From: an uncultured Methanospirillum sp.
GTDB taxonomy: Archaea; Halobacteriota; Methanomicrobia; Methanomicrobiales; Methanospirillaceae
Assembly: GCA_964637135.1 (NCBI GenBank)
Contig: CAZWTX010000005.1
Span: 62,001 to 124,087 of the forward strand
DNA: 62,087 nt
Reading direction: 5' to 3'
Below, piece by piece: positions 10,049 to 20,983 of this stretch (the first letter of the stretch is position 1; each line of letters begins with the position of its first letter). The translations under genes were made by a program, and so were the position numbers. The notes beneath the pieces were generated by a model. That model was not told the DNA's origin. It saw only the letters and a program-made list of their open reading frames with translations, and made no database searches.

Positions 10049-10315
10049 TCATCTTCCTTTTTTCTGCAGATATACAAGATAGAGGGTATATACAGCGCTC
10101 ATCAGACCGACGAGACTGAACAGCACCATGAATGGTTCTAGACAGGGGATGGCAAGAATACCAATAAGATGGGAGATCAGCAGGGTGGCAAATGTCAGTC
10201 CGATCCAGAACAGAAAGGGGATTGCCTTCCGGTAAAATTCGACAAAAAAATAGACAGAAATACAAAAGAAAAGAATAATCGCGATAATTGAAAAATAGGA
10301 TATTTCGGCCGCCAT
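10049..10315 (-). CDS. Small multi-TM membrane protein
   Basis: Three hydrophobic segments starting at MAAEISYF; track start at 10465 overlaps the next gene. Confidence 0.55.
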   Translation of the reverse strand: MAAEISYFSIIAIILFFCISVYFFVEFYRKAIPFLFWIGLTFATLLISHLIGILAIPCLEPFMVLFSLVGLMSAVYTLYLVYLQKKGR

Positions 10316-10397
10316 ATATACCATATCCCTCCTGATGATATTTCCATTCTTGGAAAATGTGGATATACTCTTAACGTTCTGCATCAACTGATCCCAT

Positions 10398-10910
10398 ATG
10401 AAACGGACTGGCGGGCCGGTGATAGATACCATTACCCGGGATTTCCATATCACTCCCGTATCCATCTCACGGATTTTGCCGGAATCTCTGCGATCAGGAG
10501 TCCCGGTTGCATTCTATCCCTGGGAACGCTTCCCGAATCGCCAGGGACTGTCCCTGCACATATGGGGAGAGGGACCATTCTGCAGGTTCAGGATCCCGGA
10601 ACGGTACCGGAAACATACTGGCGCTTATCTTTTTACCATGAACCGCCGGATCGTCTTCATCGGGTGGTGCCAGGATCTAGCGAGGCGGATAAACCAGCAT
10701 TATGGAACCATCTCTCCCCGGCGATGCTTCGAAGAGAGGGATATTGAAAACTGTTATATCAACACCTCGATTTACCATGCAATCAATGACGGGCTCCAGC
10801 TGACCCTGTATTTTATTCCTGATGTTCCCGAAGAGACGGTTCAGGAGATGATCTCCCGCTATTCCCCTGAATGGAACAAGGAACTCACTGACACACTCAA
10901 TCACGTCTGA
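10398..10910 (+). CDS. Hypothetical protein with degenerate GIY-YIG-like motif
   Basis: GAYLF-x6-VFIG-x4-LARRINQHY pattern. Confidence 0.6.
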   Translation: MKRTGGPVIDTITRDFHITPVSISRILPESLRSGVPVAFYPWERFPNRQGLSLHIWGEGPFCRFRIPERYRKHTGAYLFTMNRRIVFIGWCQDLARRINQHYGTISPRRCFEERDIENCYINTSIYHAINDGLQLTLYFIPDVPEETVQEMISRYSPEWNKELTDTLNHV

Positions 10911-10965
10911 ATCCTTTTTCCCAACTAAGAAAGTATATCTTCTTAATTTTCGTGATATATATGGC

Positions 10966-12912
10966 ATGAAGATCGGCTTGATCTTACCGGTCCTTGTTGC
11001 ACTCTTTCTCACTCTTTCGGGAGCAGGGATGGTTGCAGCAGAGAATACAACCGAAACGACCGGTTTATACGAACAGGGTGTCCAGACCCTTGAAGCAGGA
11101 AATTACGACGAGGCCATCTCGGCCCTGACCACGGTTATTGAAGAAAACCCGGAGGATGCCGATGCCTGGTTCAAACTTGGCGGTGCATACTTCCTTTCTG
11201 ACCGTCCGGTTGAAGCATTTGCTGCATACGAAAACGCAACCACCATCGATCCGAACCAGGGTGGTGCCTGGGCACAGATTGGGAACATGGATCTCTTCTA
11301 TGCTGTTCCTCCTAACCCGACAGGGGCAGTGGATGCATATGAGAAAGCAGTTGGAATCATCACCGACGATGCAGGGATCTACATCAACAAGGGGATAGCC
11401 CATCTTCTTGCCAACGATTCAGAACAGGCCATCAGTTCCTTTGATCAGGCACTCTCCCTTGAGGCCGATTCACCCCGGGCATTATACTGGAAAGGTGTAA
11501 CCCTTTCTGACTCCGGGAACATGGAGGAGGGTCTTGACCTCTTCGTTCAGGCAACCGAAGTCAAGCCTGATTATAAGGATGCATGGTACGCACGGGCTGA
11601 TACAGAAACACGGCTTGGACAGTTTGAAGAAGCTGAACAAAGTCTTCAGAAAACCCTTGAAATTGAAGGAGATTGCGCTGAACCCTTCAACTACGGTACA
11701 GCGAACGATGCTGATGTCTGGTACCGTCTTGGGGTGATCAAATTCGAGATCGGCGATAACGGCGAAGAAGCCCTAAAAGACTTTGACAAGGCGCTCGAAC
11801 TGGATCCCGAGAACCACAATGCCTGGTATTACAAGGGTGTCATCCAGTATACCCAGGATGACCGGGAAGGATCCCGCACCTCACTTGACGAGGCAATCAG
11901 ACTGAAGGAAGACTTCGCCCGTGCCTGGTACTGGAAAGGACGGCTCGACCTTGGCGATGAGCAGCTGGAATCCGCAGCTGACAATCTCTACAAGGCAACC
12001 GAGATCGATCCAGAGTTGACTGATGCCTGGTATTACCTCGGCGGCGTGCTTGGTGAAGGGAAGGACTACGAGGGTGCCGTCATCGCATTTGACGAAGTCA
12101 CTCAGAGGAGCCCTGATTTCGCCGATGCATGGTACTTCAAGGGAATGAATCTCTACCAGTCTCAGCTCTATCAGGATGCCATCGATTCCATGGAACAGGC
12201 GTTGAGCCTCACCTCTGATACATTCACCGAGGATCTCCAGGCAAACGCCTACCATGTGATCGGACTCTCCCGGGTAAACCTTGATGACAACGAAGGTGCC
12301 TCAGAGGCATTTGCAAAATCCGTTGAGATTAACGCGACAAACGCTATAGTCTGGAATGACTACGGAGCAGTCCTGAACGATCTCTCCAAGTTTGACGAGG
12401 CATTATCTGCTTTTGACAAAGCTATCGAATCTGATGACTCCTCTGCAGAGTACTGGCTGAACAAAGGAAATACCCTTACCAACCTTGAACAATTCGGAGA
12501 TGCTGTCTCTGCCTATGACAAGGCAATCGAGATCGAACCCGCTCCGAGGGCTTACAATGCCAAGGGCAAGGCTCTCGTAAAACAGGATGAGAATGAAAAG
12601 GCCATTGAGGCATTCGATGCCGGCATTGCCCTTGATGAGGGAATCGCTGACCTCTATGCAAACAAGGCAGTCGCCCTTATGAACCTGAAGCGGTATGATG
12701 AAGCGATAGCGGCAATCGACAAGGCACTTGAACTTGATCCTGAGTGGGACATCGCGATCACGCTTAAATCAACCATCGAAGAGGCCATGCAGTCCGAAGG
12801 TTCAGGAACTGCAGAAAACACCTCACCTTCCGGTGAACCAGAAGAACCAGCCCAGGAATCAGAAGAGACTGATGCGGTGAACAACACCTCTTCACTTTCA
12901 GAATCTGCATAA
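10966..12912 (+). CDS. Secreted tetratricopeptide repeat protein
   Basis: Signal peptide, many AW..KG/LG...A...F..A.E.DP repeats, acidic low-complexity tail. Confidence 0.92.
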   Translation: MKIGLILPVLVALFLTLSGAGMVAAENTTETTGLYEQGVQTLEAGNYDEAISALTTVIEENPEDADAWFKLGGAYFLSDRPVEAFAAYENATTIDPNQGGAWAQIGNMDLFYAVPPNPTGAVDAYEKAVGIITDDAGIYINKGIAHLLANDSEQAISSFDQALSLEADSPRALYWKGVTLSDSGNMEEGLDLFVQATEVKPDYKDAWYARADTETRLGQFEEAEQSLQKTLEIEGDCAEPFNYGTANDADVWYRLGVIKFEIGDNGEEALKDFDKALELDPENHNAWYYKGVIQYTQDDREGSRTSLDEAIRLKEDFARAWYWKGRLDLGDEQLESAADNLYKATEIDPELTDAWYYLGGVLGEGKDYEGAVIAFDEVTQRSPDFADAWYFKGMNLYQSQLYQDAIDSMEQALSLTSDTFTEDLQANAYHVIGLSRVNLDDNEGASEAFAKSVEINATNAIVWNDYGAVLNDLSKFDEALSAFDKAIESDDSSAEYWLNKGNTLTNLEQFGDAVSAYDKAIEIEPAPRAYNAKGKALVKQDENEKAIEAFDAGIALDEGIADLYANKAVALMNLKRYDEAIAAIDKALELDPEWDIAITLKSTIEEAMQSEGSGTAENTSPSGEPEEPAQESEETDAVNNTSSLSESA

Positions 12913-12913
12913 T

Positions 12914-12945
12914 CTTCTTTTTCCCGGCATTCTTCCCCTTTTTTT
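12914..12945 (+). terminator. T-rich tracts after the TPR gene
   Basis: TCTTCTTTTT and CTTTTTTT directly after the stop. Confidence 0.45.
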
Positions 12946-13093
12946 CATAGCCCGCCGGCTGCTGTCACCACCTGATAAACGGTATCCGGGAGGCATTCAG
13001 GTACAAAATTTCCCAGGATACGCCAGCCGGGATCAACCCAGTTCCTTGATAAGGAGAGCAGTTCAGTACTGAAGGGAGGAGCTGCACGTCAAT

Positions 13094-14062
13094 ATGGATA
13101 CCGACCATGCAATATGGATAGAAAAATACCGGCCACGAAAACTCGAGGATATCATCGGCCAGCCGGACATTATTGAGCGACTCCGCTCCTATGTTGCAAA
13201 AGGAGAGATGCCACATCTCCTTTTTACCGGAAGTGCAGGAGTGGGCAAGACCACCGCCGCGGTCGCCCTTGCCAGGCAATTCTTTGGTGAAGACTGGCAG
13301 ATGAACTTCCGTGAGTTGAATGCATCAGACGAACGTGGCATAGACGTCGTCAGGAACCAGATAAAACAGTTCGCCAGGACATCACCTTTTGGCGGTTCAT
13401 CGTTCAAGATCCTCTTCCTCGACGAAGCTGATGCCCTGACTTCTGATGCACAGTCAGCACTCCGTCGGACAATGGAAACATATGCACAGACCTGCCGGTT
13501 CATTCTCTCCTGCAATTACTCTTCAAAGATCATCGATCCCATCCAGTCCAGGTGTGCAATATACCGATTCCGCCCGCTCGGGAAGAAGGCAATCGCCGAG
13601 ATGGTTCAGAGGATCGCCGCAGATCAGGAAATATCTGTGACCGGGGAGATCATTGATGCCATTTACTATGTGGCACAGGGGGACATGCGCAAGGCGATCA
13701 ACGCCCTCCAGGGTGCTGCAATTCTTGACCGGGAGATCAAGGCAGATATGATCTATGCCATCGCGGCGACGGCAAAACCGGAAGAGATCGAAGACCTCAT
13801 CGATCTCTGCATCAATGGCAACTTTGAACAGGCAACCGGAACGCTCGATCATCTTCTCCATGAACGGGGAATCGCACCACTTGAGATCATCGGACAGTTG
13901 TACCGGGCGATCACAAAAAGGGATCTTCCGGAAGGAATTAAGGTTCGGTTGATCGATCATCTCGGAGAAACTGATTTCAGGCTCTCCGAGGGGGCATCAA
14001 GCGACATCCAGATGGAGGCACTCATCGCGAAGTTTGTCCTCTCCTCTGGTAAACCGATCTGA
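13094..14062 (+). CDS. rfcS: Replication factor C small subunit (canonical copy)
   Basis: [45 protein letters not shown]. Confidence 0.96.
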   Translation: MDTDHAIWIEKYRPRKLEDIIGQPDIIERLRSYVAKGEMPHLLFTGSAGVGKTTAAVALARQFFGEDWQMNFRELNASDERGIDVVRNQIKQFARTSPFGGSSFKILFLDEADALTSDAQSALRRTMETYAQTCRFILSCNYSSKIIDPIQSRCAIYRFRPLGKKAIAEMVQRIAADQEISVTGEIIDAIYYVAQGDMRKAINALQGAAILDREIKADMIYAIAATAKPEEIEDLIDLCINGNFEQATGTLDHLLHERGIAPLEIIGQLYRAITKRDLPEGIKVRLIDHLGETDFRLSEGASSDIQMEALIAKFVLSSGKPI

Positions 14063-14239
14063 CGGCACAATCCTGACACCGGCAACACCCCTGATGATCC
14101 ACCCGGTTTCGGGATTGCCAGATTACCCCCGTGAAATATCATCGTCAGATCTCCGCCATCCTGCCCGGGGGATCTGATGCATGTTTCGATTACTTTCTGA
14201 ACCTGTCTGAACAATCTATACCTGACACTGATACCATCC

Positions 14240-16357
14240 ATGACATCACCGGAGACCGAAGAGGTTGAGATAACCGATCGCGATGCAGACTGGCACCGGT
14301 TTTTAAAGACACGATACCGGAAGGAACTTGATGAAATATCTCGTGAATACCCGTTCCGCCATTCCCTGTACATCAACTACCATGACATTGAGAGCTTTGG
14401 ACGAATCGGAACCCAGCTGGCAGATGAACTCCTCGAAAATCCAGGAAAAGTCATCGGTGATATCAGGGATGCAATAAGGAATCACCGCCTGATCAAACCA
14501 AAGAAGGAGAAGGATCTCCAGGAGGTGAACATCAGGTTTCTCAACCTCCCCCGAAAGATCGCCATACGCGACATCAGGTCAGATCATATCGGGAAACTCC
14601 TCAGTGTTGAGGGTATCCTCAGGAAGACCACCGAGGTGAGACCGAGGATAGTCCTTGCGGTTTTCAGGTGCCCGTCCGGACACCGGACCCTGAAAGCCCA
14701 GGGATACGGCCCGTTTATTGAACCTGACGGATGTGGAACTGACGGGTGTACCCATAAAAAACTCGAACTTATCCCGAGGTTCTCACGGTTCGTGGATTCG
14801 CAGAAACTCCGTATCCAGGAGTCACCTGAAGGCCTCCGGGGCGGGGAGCAGCCCCAGACAATTGACGTTGATGTGACCGATGACATCGCCGGAATCGTGG
14901 CCCCCGGGGACCGGATCGTGGTAAACGGGATCCTCCGATCCATCCAGCGGAACAGTTACGGTACCAAGTCAACGATCTTTGACATCTACCTTGAATGCAA
15001 CTCGATAGAAGTCGCAGAGAAAGAGTTCGAGGAGGTGGAGATCAGCGAGGAGGACGAGGCGATGATCACCTCGCTCTCTCAGGATCCGATGATCTACCGC
15101 AAGATCGCCCACTCTATCGCGCCGACGATCTACGGGGTAGACGATGTCAAGGATGCCATTGCTCTGGCCCTTTTTGGAGGGATCGCAAAAGAGATGCCTG
15201 ACGGCAGCCGGCTCCGTGGAGATATCCACGTCCTGATGATTGGGGATCCTGGTATCGCCAAGTCCCAGATGCTCAGGTACGTCGTCCGGCTCTCCCCCCG
15301 GGCAATTTACACGTCAGGCCAGTCAACAACCTCAGCCGGCCTGACCGCCACCGCGGTTAAGGACGAATTCGGAGATGGCCGGTGGACACTTGAAGCAGGT
15401 GCGCTTGTCCTTGCCGACATGGGTCTTGCCTGTGTCGATGAGATGGACAAGATGGACAAGCATGACAGGAGTGCCCTCCACGAAGCAATGGAACAGCAGT
15501 CGATTTCGGTAGCAAAAGCCGGGATCACGGCCACCCTGAAATCCCGGTGTGCCCTCCTTGGTGCTGCCAATCCCAAGTATGGCAGGTTTGATGACTTCGC
15601 CCCGATCGGGGATCAGATCAACATGCCGCCATCACTCCTCTCACGGTTTGACCTGATCTTTGTCCTGACCGATAAACCGGAACATGAACGCGATCTCGCC
15701 ATTGCCGAGCATATCATCAAGGCACACAGTGTGGGAGAACTGATTGCCCAGCATGCGAGGAGTCCAATGGACGGGGTGAACGAGGAGTATATCCAATCCC
15801 AGCTCAAGCCGGTGACCCCTGAGATCGATCCGGTCATCTTCAGGAAATATGTCGCGTATGCCAAGCGGAACTGTTTTCCCCGGCTTTCTGAAGACGCCCG
15901 CGGGGCACTGATCGCATACTACATGAAACTGCGTGATCTCGCCGATGCAAACAAACCGGTTCCGGTCACTGCACGTCAGCTGGAAGCGATCGTACGTCTT
16001 GCCGAAGCAAGTGCACGGATCCGGCTCTCACAGGTGATCGAGAAGACTGATGCAGAACGGGTCATCAGGATCATCGATACCTGTCTGCGCCAGGTAGCAT
16101 ACGATCCCTCGAGCGGGACTTTTGACATAGACATGCTTGCAACCGGTGTTTCAAAGAGCAAGCGTGATCTGATCAGATCGATTAAACAGGCCATCCGGGA
16201 TAATGCTGATGAGAACGGCCGGGCACATATCGAGGATATTATGGAGATTGTCAGGCAGATGGGCTTTGACCGGGAGGAGGTCGACCGTCAGATCAAGGCA
16301 ATGCTCAGGTCAGGCGAGGCAATGGAGCCAAAACACGGGGTTATCAAACTTATCTGA
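14240..16357 (+). CDS. mcm: Replicative helicase MCM
   Basis: GDPGIAKSQ, AGLTA, GALVLAD, VDEMDKM, LLSRFD, TARQLE; no intein evident at 705 aa. Confidence 0.97.
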   Translation: MTSPETEEVEITDRDADWHRFLKTRYRKELDEISREYPFRHSLYINYHDIESFGRIGTQLADELLENPGKVIGDIRDAIRNHRLIKPKKEKDLQEVNIRFLNLPRKIAIRDIRSDHIGKLLSVEGILRKTTEVRPRIVLAVFRCPSGHRTLKAQGYGPFIEPDGCGTDGCTHKKLELIPRFSRFVDSQKLRIQESPEGLRGGEQPQTIDVDVTDDIAGIVAPGDRIVVNGILRSIQRNSYGTKSTIFDIYLECNSIEVAEKEFEEVEISEEDEAMITSLSQDPMIYRKIAHSIAPTIYGVDDVKDAIALALFGGIAKEMPDGSRLRGDIHVLMIGDPGIAKSQMLRYVVRLSPRAIYTSGQSTTSAGLTATAVKDEFGDGRWTLEAGALVLADMGLACVDEMDKMDKHDRSALHEAMEQQSISVAKAGITATLKSRCALLGAANPKYGRFDDFAPIGDQINMPPSLLSRFDLIFVLTDKPEHERDLAIAEHIIKAHSVGELIAQHARSPMDGVNEEYIQSQLKPVTPEIDPVIFRKYVAYAKRNCFPRLSEDARGALIAYYMKLRDLADANKPVPVTARQLEAIVRLAEASARIRLSQVIEKTDAERVIRIIDTCLRQVAYDPSSGTFDIDMLATGVSKSKRDLIRSIKQAIRDNADENGRAHIEDIMEIVRQMGFDREEVDRQIKAMLRSGEAMEPKHGVIKLI

Positions 16358-16433
16358 ACCGGGTGTATCAGGGATCTGATATCAGGGAAAACGATTCCAG
16401 TACATTATCTTCATCCGGTGAGAACCTGAAGGT

Positions 16434-16787
16434 ATGATTACTGACCGGGAGCGGGCTGCATTTGAAGCCGGGATCAAACTCGGGGCACTCTACCACCAGT
16501 GGGTGGGAACCCCGGTATCCCGTGAATCGGCCGAATCCCTAGAGAAGGCAATAGAAAATGCCCACATCCAGCAACCGTATGTCACTGACATCTCGGTAAC
16601 CCTGAACCGTGAACTGATGGTTCCCAATACGTTTGGATACTGTGAATTATCAGGAATAATGTTTGACGTGGAACTTGTCGTACGGGTAAACCAGGCATCC
16701 TGTCATGCCTGTCTCTCCCCTGAAGGAGAATACCCGATGATGCGGATAGAAGATATTGATGAAGAAGCCGAAGTTTCCGATTCTTGA
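16434..16787 (+). CDS. Archaeal dihydroneopterin aldolase family protein (MptD-like)
   Basis: TDRERAAFEAGIKLGALYHQWVGTPV, QPYV, YPMM. Confidence 0.85.
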   Translation: MITDRERAAFEAGIKLGALYHQWVGTPVSRESAESLEKAIENAHIQQPYVTDISVTLNRELMVPNTFGYCELSGIMFDVELVVRVNQASCHACLSPEGEYPMMRIEDIDEEAEVSDS

Positions 16788-17586
16788 TGATCATATCCAT
16801 ATTGATCCGCGGAACGGCAGGGGGATCGAAGCAGCCAAGGATTTTCTCCGCTCTGGCGGTACGCATCTCTGTCTGGTCAGCAAACCATCCTGGTCACTCG
16901 GCATCCATCCGATAAATGGAACAGAGTTTACCCGGGTTTTTGATGAGACGATACGGGTTGCAGAAGAGATTCGGAGCATCGGGATCATCGTCTTCCCCAT
17001 CCTTGGCGTTCACCCGGCTGAACTGACGATGCTCATGGAACGGATGGATATGGAGGCGGCAGTCAGGGTGATGAAGACCGGCCTTACCATAGCATCCCGG
17101 TATGTCATGGAAGGGAAAGCCATCGGACTGAAATCCGGCCGTCCACACTATGAGATCACAGATGATCTCAGGGAAGCATCCAACGATGTTCTCAGCCATG
17201 CCCTGACCCTTGCCGGGGAAACCGGCTGTTCACTCCAGATACATGCCGAATCGGGTCCGTGCAGCGATATCCCGGATCGTGCACGGGCGTGTGGAATGGA
17301 TCCGTCACGGATTATCAAACATTACGCAACCCCTGATACCCCGCTTCATCCCTCGTTCATCGCAAAACACGAATCAGTTCCTGTGTTCTGCAGCGAGAAA
17401 CGGCCGTTTACCATGGAAAGCGACTACATGGACGAGAACACGCGGCCGGGGGCAGTCATGGGCCCGAAGTCGGTACCACGAAATACCCTGAAACTCCATG
17501 AAGAGGGGCTGATGAGCGAGGAAGATATCTACCGCATTCATGCCGATGTTCCCATGCGTCTGTACGGATGCGATATCTCGTTGTAA
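16759..17586 (+). CDS. TatD-family metal-dependent hydrolase
   Basis: DDHIH, LGVHPAE, SGRPHY, QIHAE, MESDY, GPKSVPR. Confidence 0.88.
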   Translation: MKKPKFPILDDHIHIDPRNGRGIEAAKDFLRSGGTHLCLVSKPSWSLGIHPINGTEFTRVFDETIRVAEEIRSIGIIVFPILGVHPAELTMLMERMDMEAAVRVMKTGLTIASRYVMEGKAIGLKSGRPHYEITDDLREASNDVLSHALTLAGETGCSLQIHAESGPCSDIPDRARACGMDPSRIIKHYATPDTPLHPSFIAKHESVPVFCSEKRPFTMESDYMDENTRPGAVMGPKSVPRNTLKLHEEGLMSEEDIYRIHADVPMRLYGCDISL

Positions 17587-17631
17587 GGCGCGGTGATACT
17601 TTTTTCTTCCCAGATGACGCGATATGATCAG

Positions 17632-17925
17632 ATGTTACTCAGGATTCACCGCTCTGCTGACAACCATGAAGTCATCGCGATCTGCGACCGGGAACTTCTC
17701 GGCAGGACACTTGAGGAAGGAGACCTTACGGTGAAGATCAGTGAACCCTTCTTTGGCGGAGATGAGATAAGGGAGGAGAAACTGCTTGAGGTTCTCCGGA
17801 CCTGTGGAAATATCAACATGTTCGGAAAAAAGTGCGTGGAGATAGCAGTCAGGAACGGATTTATCGCGGAAGAATCCTGCCGCGAGATCGCCGGTGTCCA
17901 CCATGTCACCATCCTTGGGCTCTGA
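17632..17925 (+). CDS. DUF424 family protein
   Basis: VIAICDRELLG, ISEPFFGG, NMFGKKCV; start set at MLLRIH. Confidence 0.8.
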   Translation: MLLRIHRSADNHEVIAICDRELLGRTLEEGDLTVKISEPFFGGDEIREEKLLEVLRTCGNINMFGKKCVEIAVRNGFIAEESCREIAGVHHVTILGL

Positions 17926-17926
17926 A

Positions 17927-18964
17927 ATGGATTTGCAGGAAGCTATCTGCCCGAAGTGTGGAAAGCCCTCACCCACGGGAGGAATTTGTGCGAAGTGTCG
18001 TCTTGGCGAGACACCCTGGTACCAGTGCGAGCCACGCGTCCAGATTACGAGATGCCCGTGTTGCGGATCGCTCCGGGATACCGGAGGATGGACTGACAGC
18101 ATCAGAACCCGTGATGATCTCGAGTACGATGCAATCGGGTCAGCCATCAGTATCAGGAAAGAAGTACAGAGACCGGATCTTCAGATAAAACTCAACCAGT
18201 ACAGTACAAACCGGACTCATGCCCAGGTTACCCTGAGCGGGAAACTCTTCGATAAACCGGTCGAAGATACCTGTTCCATCGAGATCATCTGGATCAACGA
18301 GTCATGTGACCGGTGTAACCGGCAGCACGGGAATTACTGGGAAGGTGTTGTCCAGGTCAGGGCAGACGGCCGTAAAGCAACCCTTGAGGAGCAGGAAGAG
18401 GCACAGCGGATCGCATGCTCTGTTGAAGAGAATATGCAGTCGAACGGGGATCGACTCTCCTTCATCACAAATTTCGATGAAAATCGGGAGGGACTTGATA
18501 TTATAGTCGGTTCCCAGGCTCTTGGAGAACAGATCTCCAGGGAGATCACCCGGAGGCTGGGAGGGAAATTCACGCTTCATCCCACCCTTGTCGGAGAGAA
18601 GGATGGAAGAAAACTTTTCAGAATAACATATGCGCTACGTCTTCCCCGATACCGGAAAGGAGATGTCCTTGCGGTCAGGGGCACCTATGGTGAGATTCTC
18701 GGTGCCGATGCGAAGACCTATACCTATCTCGATCTTGGCACCGGCACGGCAAAGACGGTACCTGACAATACTGCCGCCCGGCATATCGGCCATATCCGGG
18801 ATGCGGAACCGGTGATGGTCATCTACCGCGACGGCGATACCATCGGGGTAATGAATGCCATCTCAGGAGTCAGCGAAGAGGTAAAAGGACTTACCTGGAA
18901 GAACATCGATGTCGGGGAGGAGATCCGGATCATCAGGGATGAGGATCGGATCATCGTGGTCTGA
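17927..18964 (+). CDS. NMD3-family ribosome biogenesis protein
   Basis: CPKCG..CAKC, CPCCG, SCDRC Zn motifs, YWEGVVQVRA, LVGEKDGRKLFRITY; start MDLQEA at 17927. Confidence 0.9.
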   Translation: MDLQEAICPKCGKPSPTGGICAKCRLGETPWYQCEPRVQITRCPCCGSLRDTGGWTDSIRTRDDLEYDAIGSAISIRKEVQRPDLQIKLNQYSTNRTHAQVTLSGKLFDKPVEDTCSIEIIWINESCDRCNRQHGNYWEGVVQVRADGRKATLEEQEEAQRIACSVEENMQSNGDRLSFITNFDENREGLDIIVGSQALGEQISREITRRLGGKFTLHPTLVGEKDGRKLFRITYALRLPRYRKGDVLAVRGTYGEILGADAKTYTYLDLGTGTAKTVPDNTAARHIGHIRDAEPVMVIYRDGDTIGVMNAISGVSEEVKGLTWKNIDVGEEIRIIRDEDRIIVV

Positions 18965-18967
18965 ATC

Positions 18968-19834
18968 ATGAACGTCCGCGTTGTCCCGGAACAGGATATG
19001 CCTTCCATTCTCGCCGAACCATGGGTTGATTCTTCGAGAAAACCATTTGTTTCTGGCGGAAAGGGATATGTTCCGGTGAAAGGCGGATACCCGTATGAAG
19101 AAGAACTCCCTGAACGAAAGCGGACGGGACGGGGATTCCAGCAACTTGGCGACGTGATACTCATCCACGGTAAGCCCCCGTCTGACGGGGAACTGGATGA
19201 GATCACCACCAGGTATCATCCCCGTGCGGTACTGCACCTCGCGTCCCACGAAGGACTAATCCGCAGACCCCGGGTCCATCTCCTCTCCGGAACACCGGGA
19301 GAAGTCTTTCATCGGGAAGCAGGAATCATCTACCACCTGAACCCGGCAGAGGTGATGTTCTCCCAGGGGAACCGTGGTGAGAAAGAACGGGTTTCTTCGC
19401 AGGTCATGCCGGAAGAGGATATCTGCGATATGTTTGCAGGGATCGGATATTTTTCCCTCCCGCTGGCCAAGGCCGGGGGCCGGGTATTCTCCTGCGAAAT
19501 TAACCCGGCTGCCTACCGGTACCTGCTCTCGAACAGAATCCTGAACCATCTTGAAGACCGGATCGTTCCGGCACTCGGTGACTGCCGGGATCTTATTTCA
19601 GGATTCTTTGACCGGATTCACATGGGTCATTTTGAATCGGTTTCATTTCTCTCCCTCGCTCTAGAGCATCTCAGGCCGGGAGGGACTATTCATCTCCATA
19701 CCCTTGGGGACCGGGAGCGGGAAATCCATGAGATTCTCAATAACTCTGGATACCATGCGGAGATATCCCTGCACCGGGTAAAGAAAGCCGGCCCCCGCCT
19801 CTGGCATCTCGTATATGATCTGGAGATACCATGA
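18968..19834 (+). CDS. Trm5/Taw2-like (Met-10+) SAM-dependent tRNA-modifying enzyme
   Basis: VMFSQGNRGEKER, DMFAGIGYFSLP, EINP, DRIHMG. Confidence 0.85.
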   Translation: MNVRVVPEQDMPSILAEPWVDSSRKPFVSGGKGYVPVKGGYPYEEELPERKRTGRGFQQLGDVILIHGKPPSDGELDEITTRYHPRAVLHLASHEGLIRRPRVHLLSGTPGEVFHREAGIIYHLNPAEVMFSQGNRGEKERVSSQVMPEEDICDMFAGIGYFSLPLAKAGGRVFSCEINPAAYRYLLSNRILNHLEDRIVPALGDCRDLISGFFDRIHMGHFESVSFLSLALEHLRPGGTIHLHTLGDREREIHEILNNSGYHAEISLHRVKKAGPRLWHLVYDLEIP

Positions 19835-20970
19835 ACCACCTCAGTGGAAAACAGATCGTGCTGGCCGTAACGGGGAGCATTGCCGCAGTTGAGACGGTTC
19901 GGCTCATCCATGCGCTCAGGCGTGACGGTGCCGTCGTCCAGCCGGTAATGAGCGCTGCAGCAACCGGGATCCTTCATCCGGATGCACTCACGTATGCTGC
20001 CGGACGGGAGACAATCACCCGGATTGGCGGTCTCGTTGAGCATGTGGCATGGTGTGGGGATAACGGAATAGCGGATCTTCTCATCATTGCCCCATGCACG
20101 GCCAATACTATCGGTAAGATTGCACATGGGATTGACGACACCCCGCCCACCACCTTTGCCACCACCGCTCTTGGACGAAGGATGCCGATCCTTGTTGTCC
20201 CCGCGATGCATCATGCGATGTTTCGTCATGACGCCGTGATGGAAAACCTGGACCGGCTCCGTTCGTGGGGAATAGAGATAGCCGGCCCACGAATCGAGGA
20301 AGGAAAGGCAAAAATTGCAGATATCCCGGAGATCGTACGAACCGCTGAACGGATGCTGTCAGGTTTGCCTCTTGGCGGAACGAGGGTACTGATAACGTCG
20401 GGCCGATGCGAGGAACCGGTTGATAACGTCCGCGTTCTGACCACCCGGTCATCGGGAACCATGGGAAAAGCCCTTGCCGCTGAAGCATACCGTCTCGGTG
20501 CTGACGTGACCATCATCCACCGGGACAATCTTCCCTTTGGAACCAACATCAGGATCAGCACGGCTGCTTCCATGAAGGCAGCCGTAGAGCGTGAATTATC
20601 CCAATCCGCTTACGACCTCTACATCGGGGCAGCCGCGGTCTCTGATTTTGCACCGGAGCCGGTCTTCGGAAAGATCCCCAGCGGAACCCCCTGTTCAGTG
20701 ACCCTCCACCCGCTCCCAAAGATCCTTGATCTCGTCAAAGGGAAGGTCAGGCATATCATCGCCTTTAAGATAGGTGAGACCAGCGTGTCTGACGGGGAAG
20801 CAATGCTGAATGATGGGATCGATATCGTTCTTGCAAACCGCCCGGAAACCATGGGCTCATCTGAGGGGATATACCTGCTCCTCGATCGCCTCGGGAGGGA
20901 GGAGCTGGCAGGACAAAAGGATCAGATCGCAACAGGGATCTTTTCCCGGTACCTATCCAGGCACTTCTGA
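19831..20970 (+). CDS. coaBC: Bifunctional phosphopantothenoylcysteine decarboxylase/synthetase
   Basis: VTGSIAAV, APCTANTIGKIA, VPAMH, EPVDNVRVLTTRSSGTMG, AAVSDF. Confidence 0.95.
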   Translation: MNHLSGKQIVLAVTGSIAAVETVRLIHALRRDGAVVQPVMSAAATGILHPDALTYAAGRETITRIGGLVEHVAWCGDNGIADLLIIAPCTANTIGKIAHGIDDTPPTTFATTALGRRMPILVVPAMHHAMFRHDAVMENLDRLRSWGIEIAGPRIEEGKAKIADIPEIVRTAERMLSGLPLGGTRVLITSGRCEEPVDNVRVLTTRSSGTMGKALAAEAYRLGADVTIIHRDNLPFGTNIRISTAASMKAAVERELSQSAYDLYIGAAAVSDFAPEPVFGKIPSGTPCSVTLHPLPKILDLVKGKVRHIIAFKIGETSVSDGEAMLNDGIDIVLANRPETMGSSEGIYLLLDRLGREELAGQKDQIATGIFSRYLSRHF

Positions 20971-20983
20971 GGGATCTCATCGT

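Noticed and set aside
12913..13093. Possible SRP RNA or other ncRNA between the TPR gene and rfcS (GCAGTTC/GAGCTGC stem, TTCAGTACTGAA palindrome)
   Set aside because: Too short for archaeal 7S RNA and lacks the helix-8 motif; the small stems could be chance
14063..14239. Possible replication origin near rfcS/mcm
   Set aside because: No ORB-like repeats, AT-rich unwinding element or cdc6 gene seen
14240..16357. Inteins in MCM, RFC or gyrase
   Set aside because: Protein lengths are normal and no intein terminal motifs were seen
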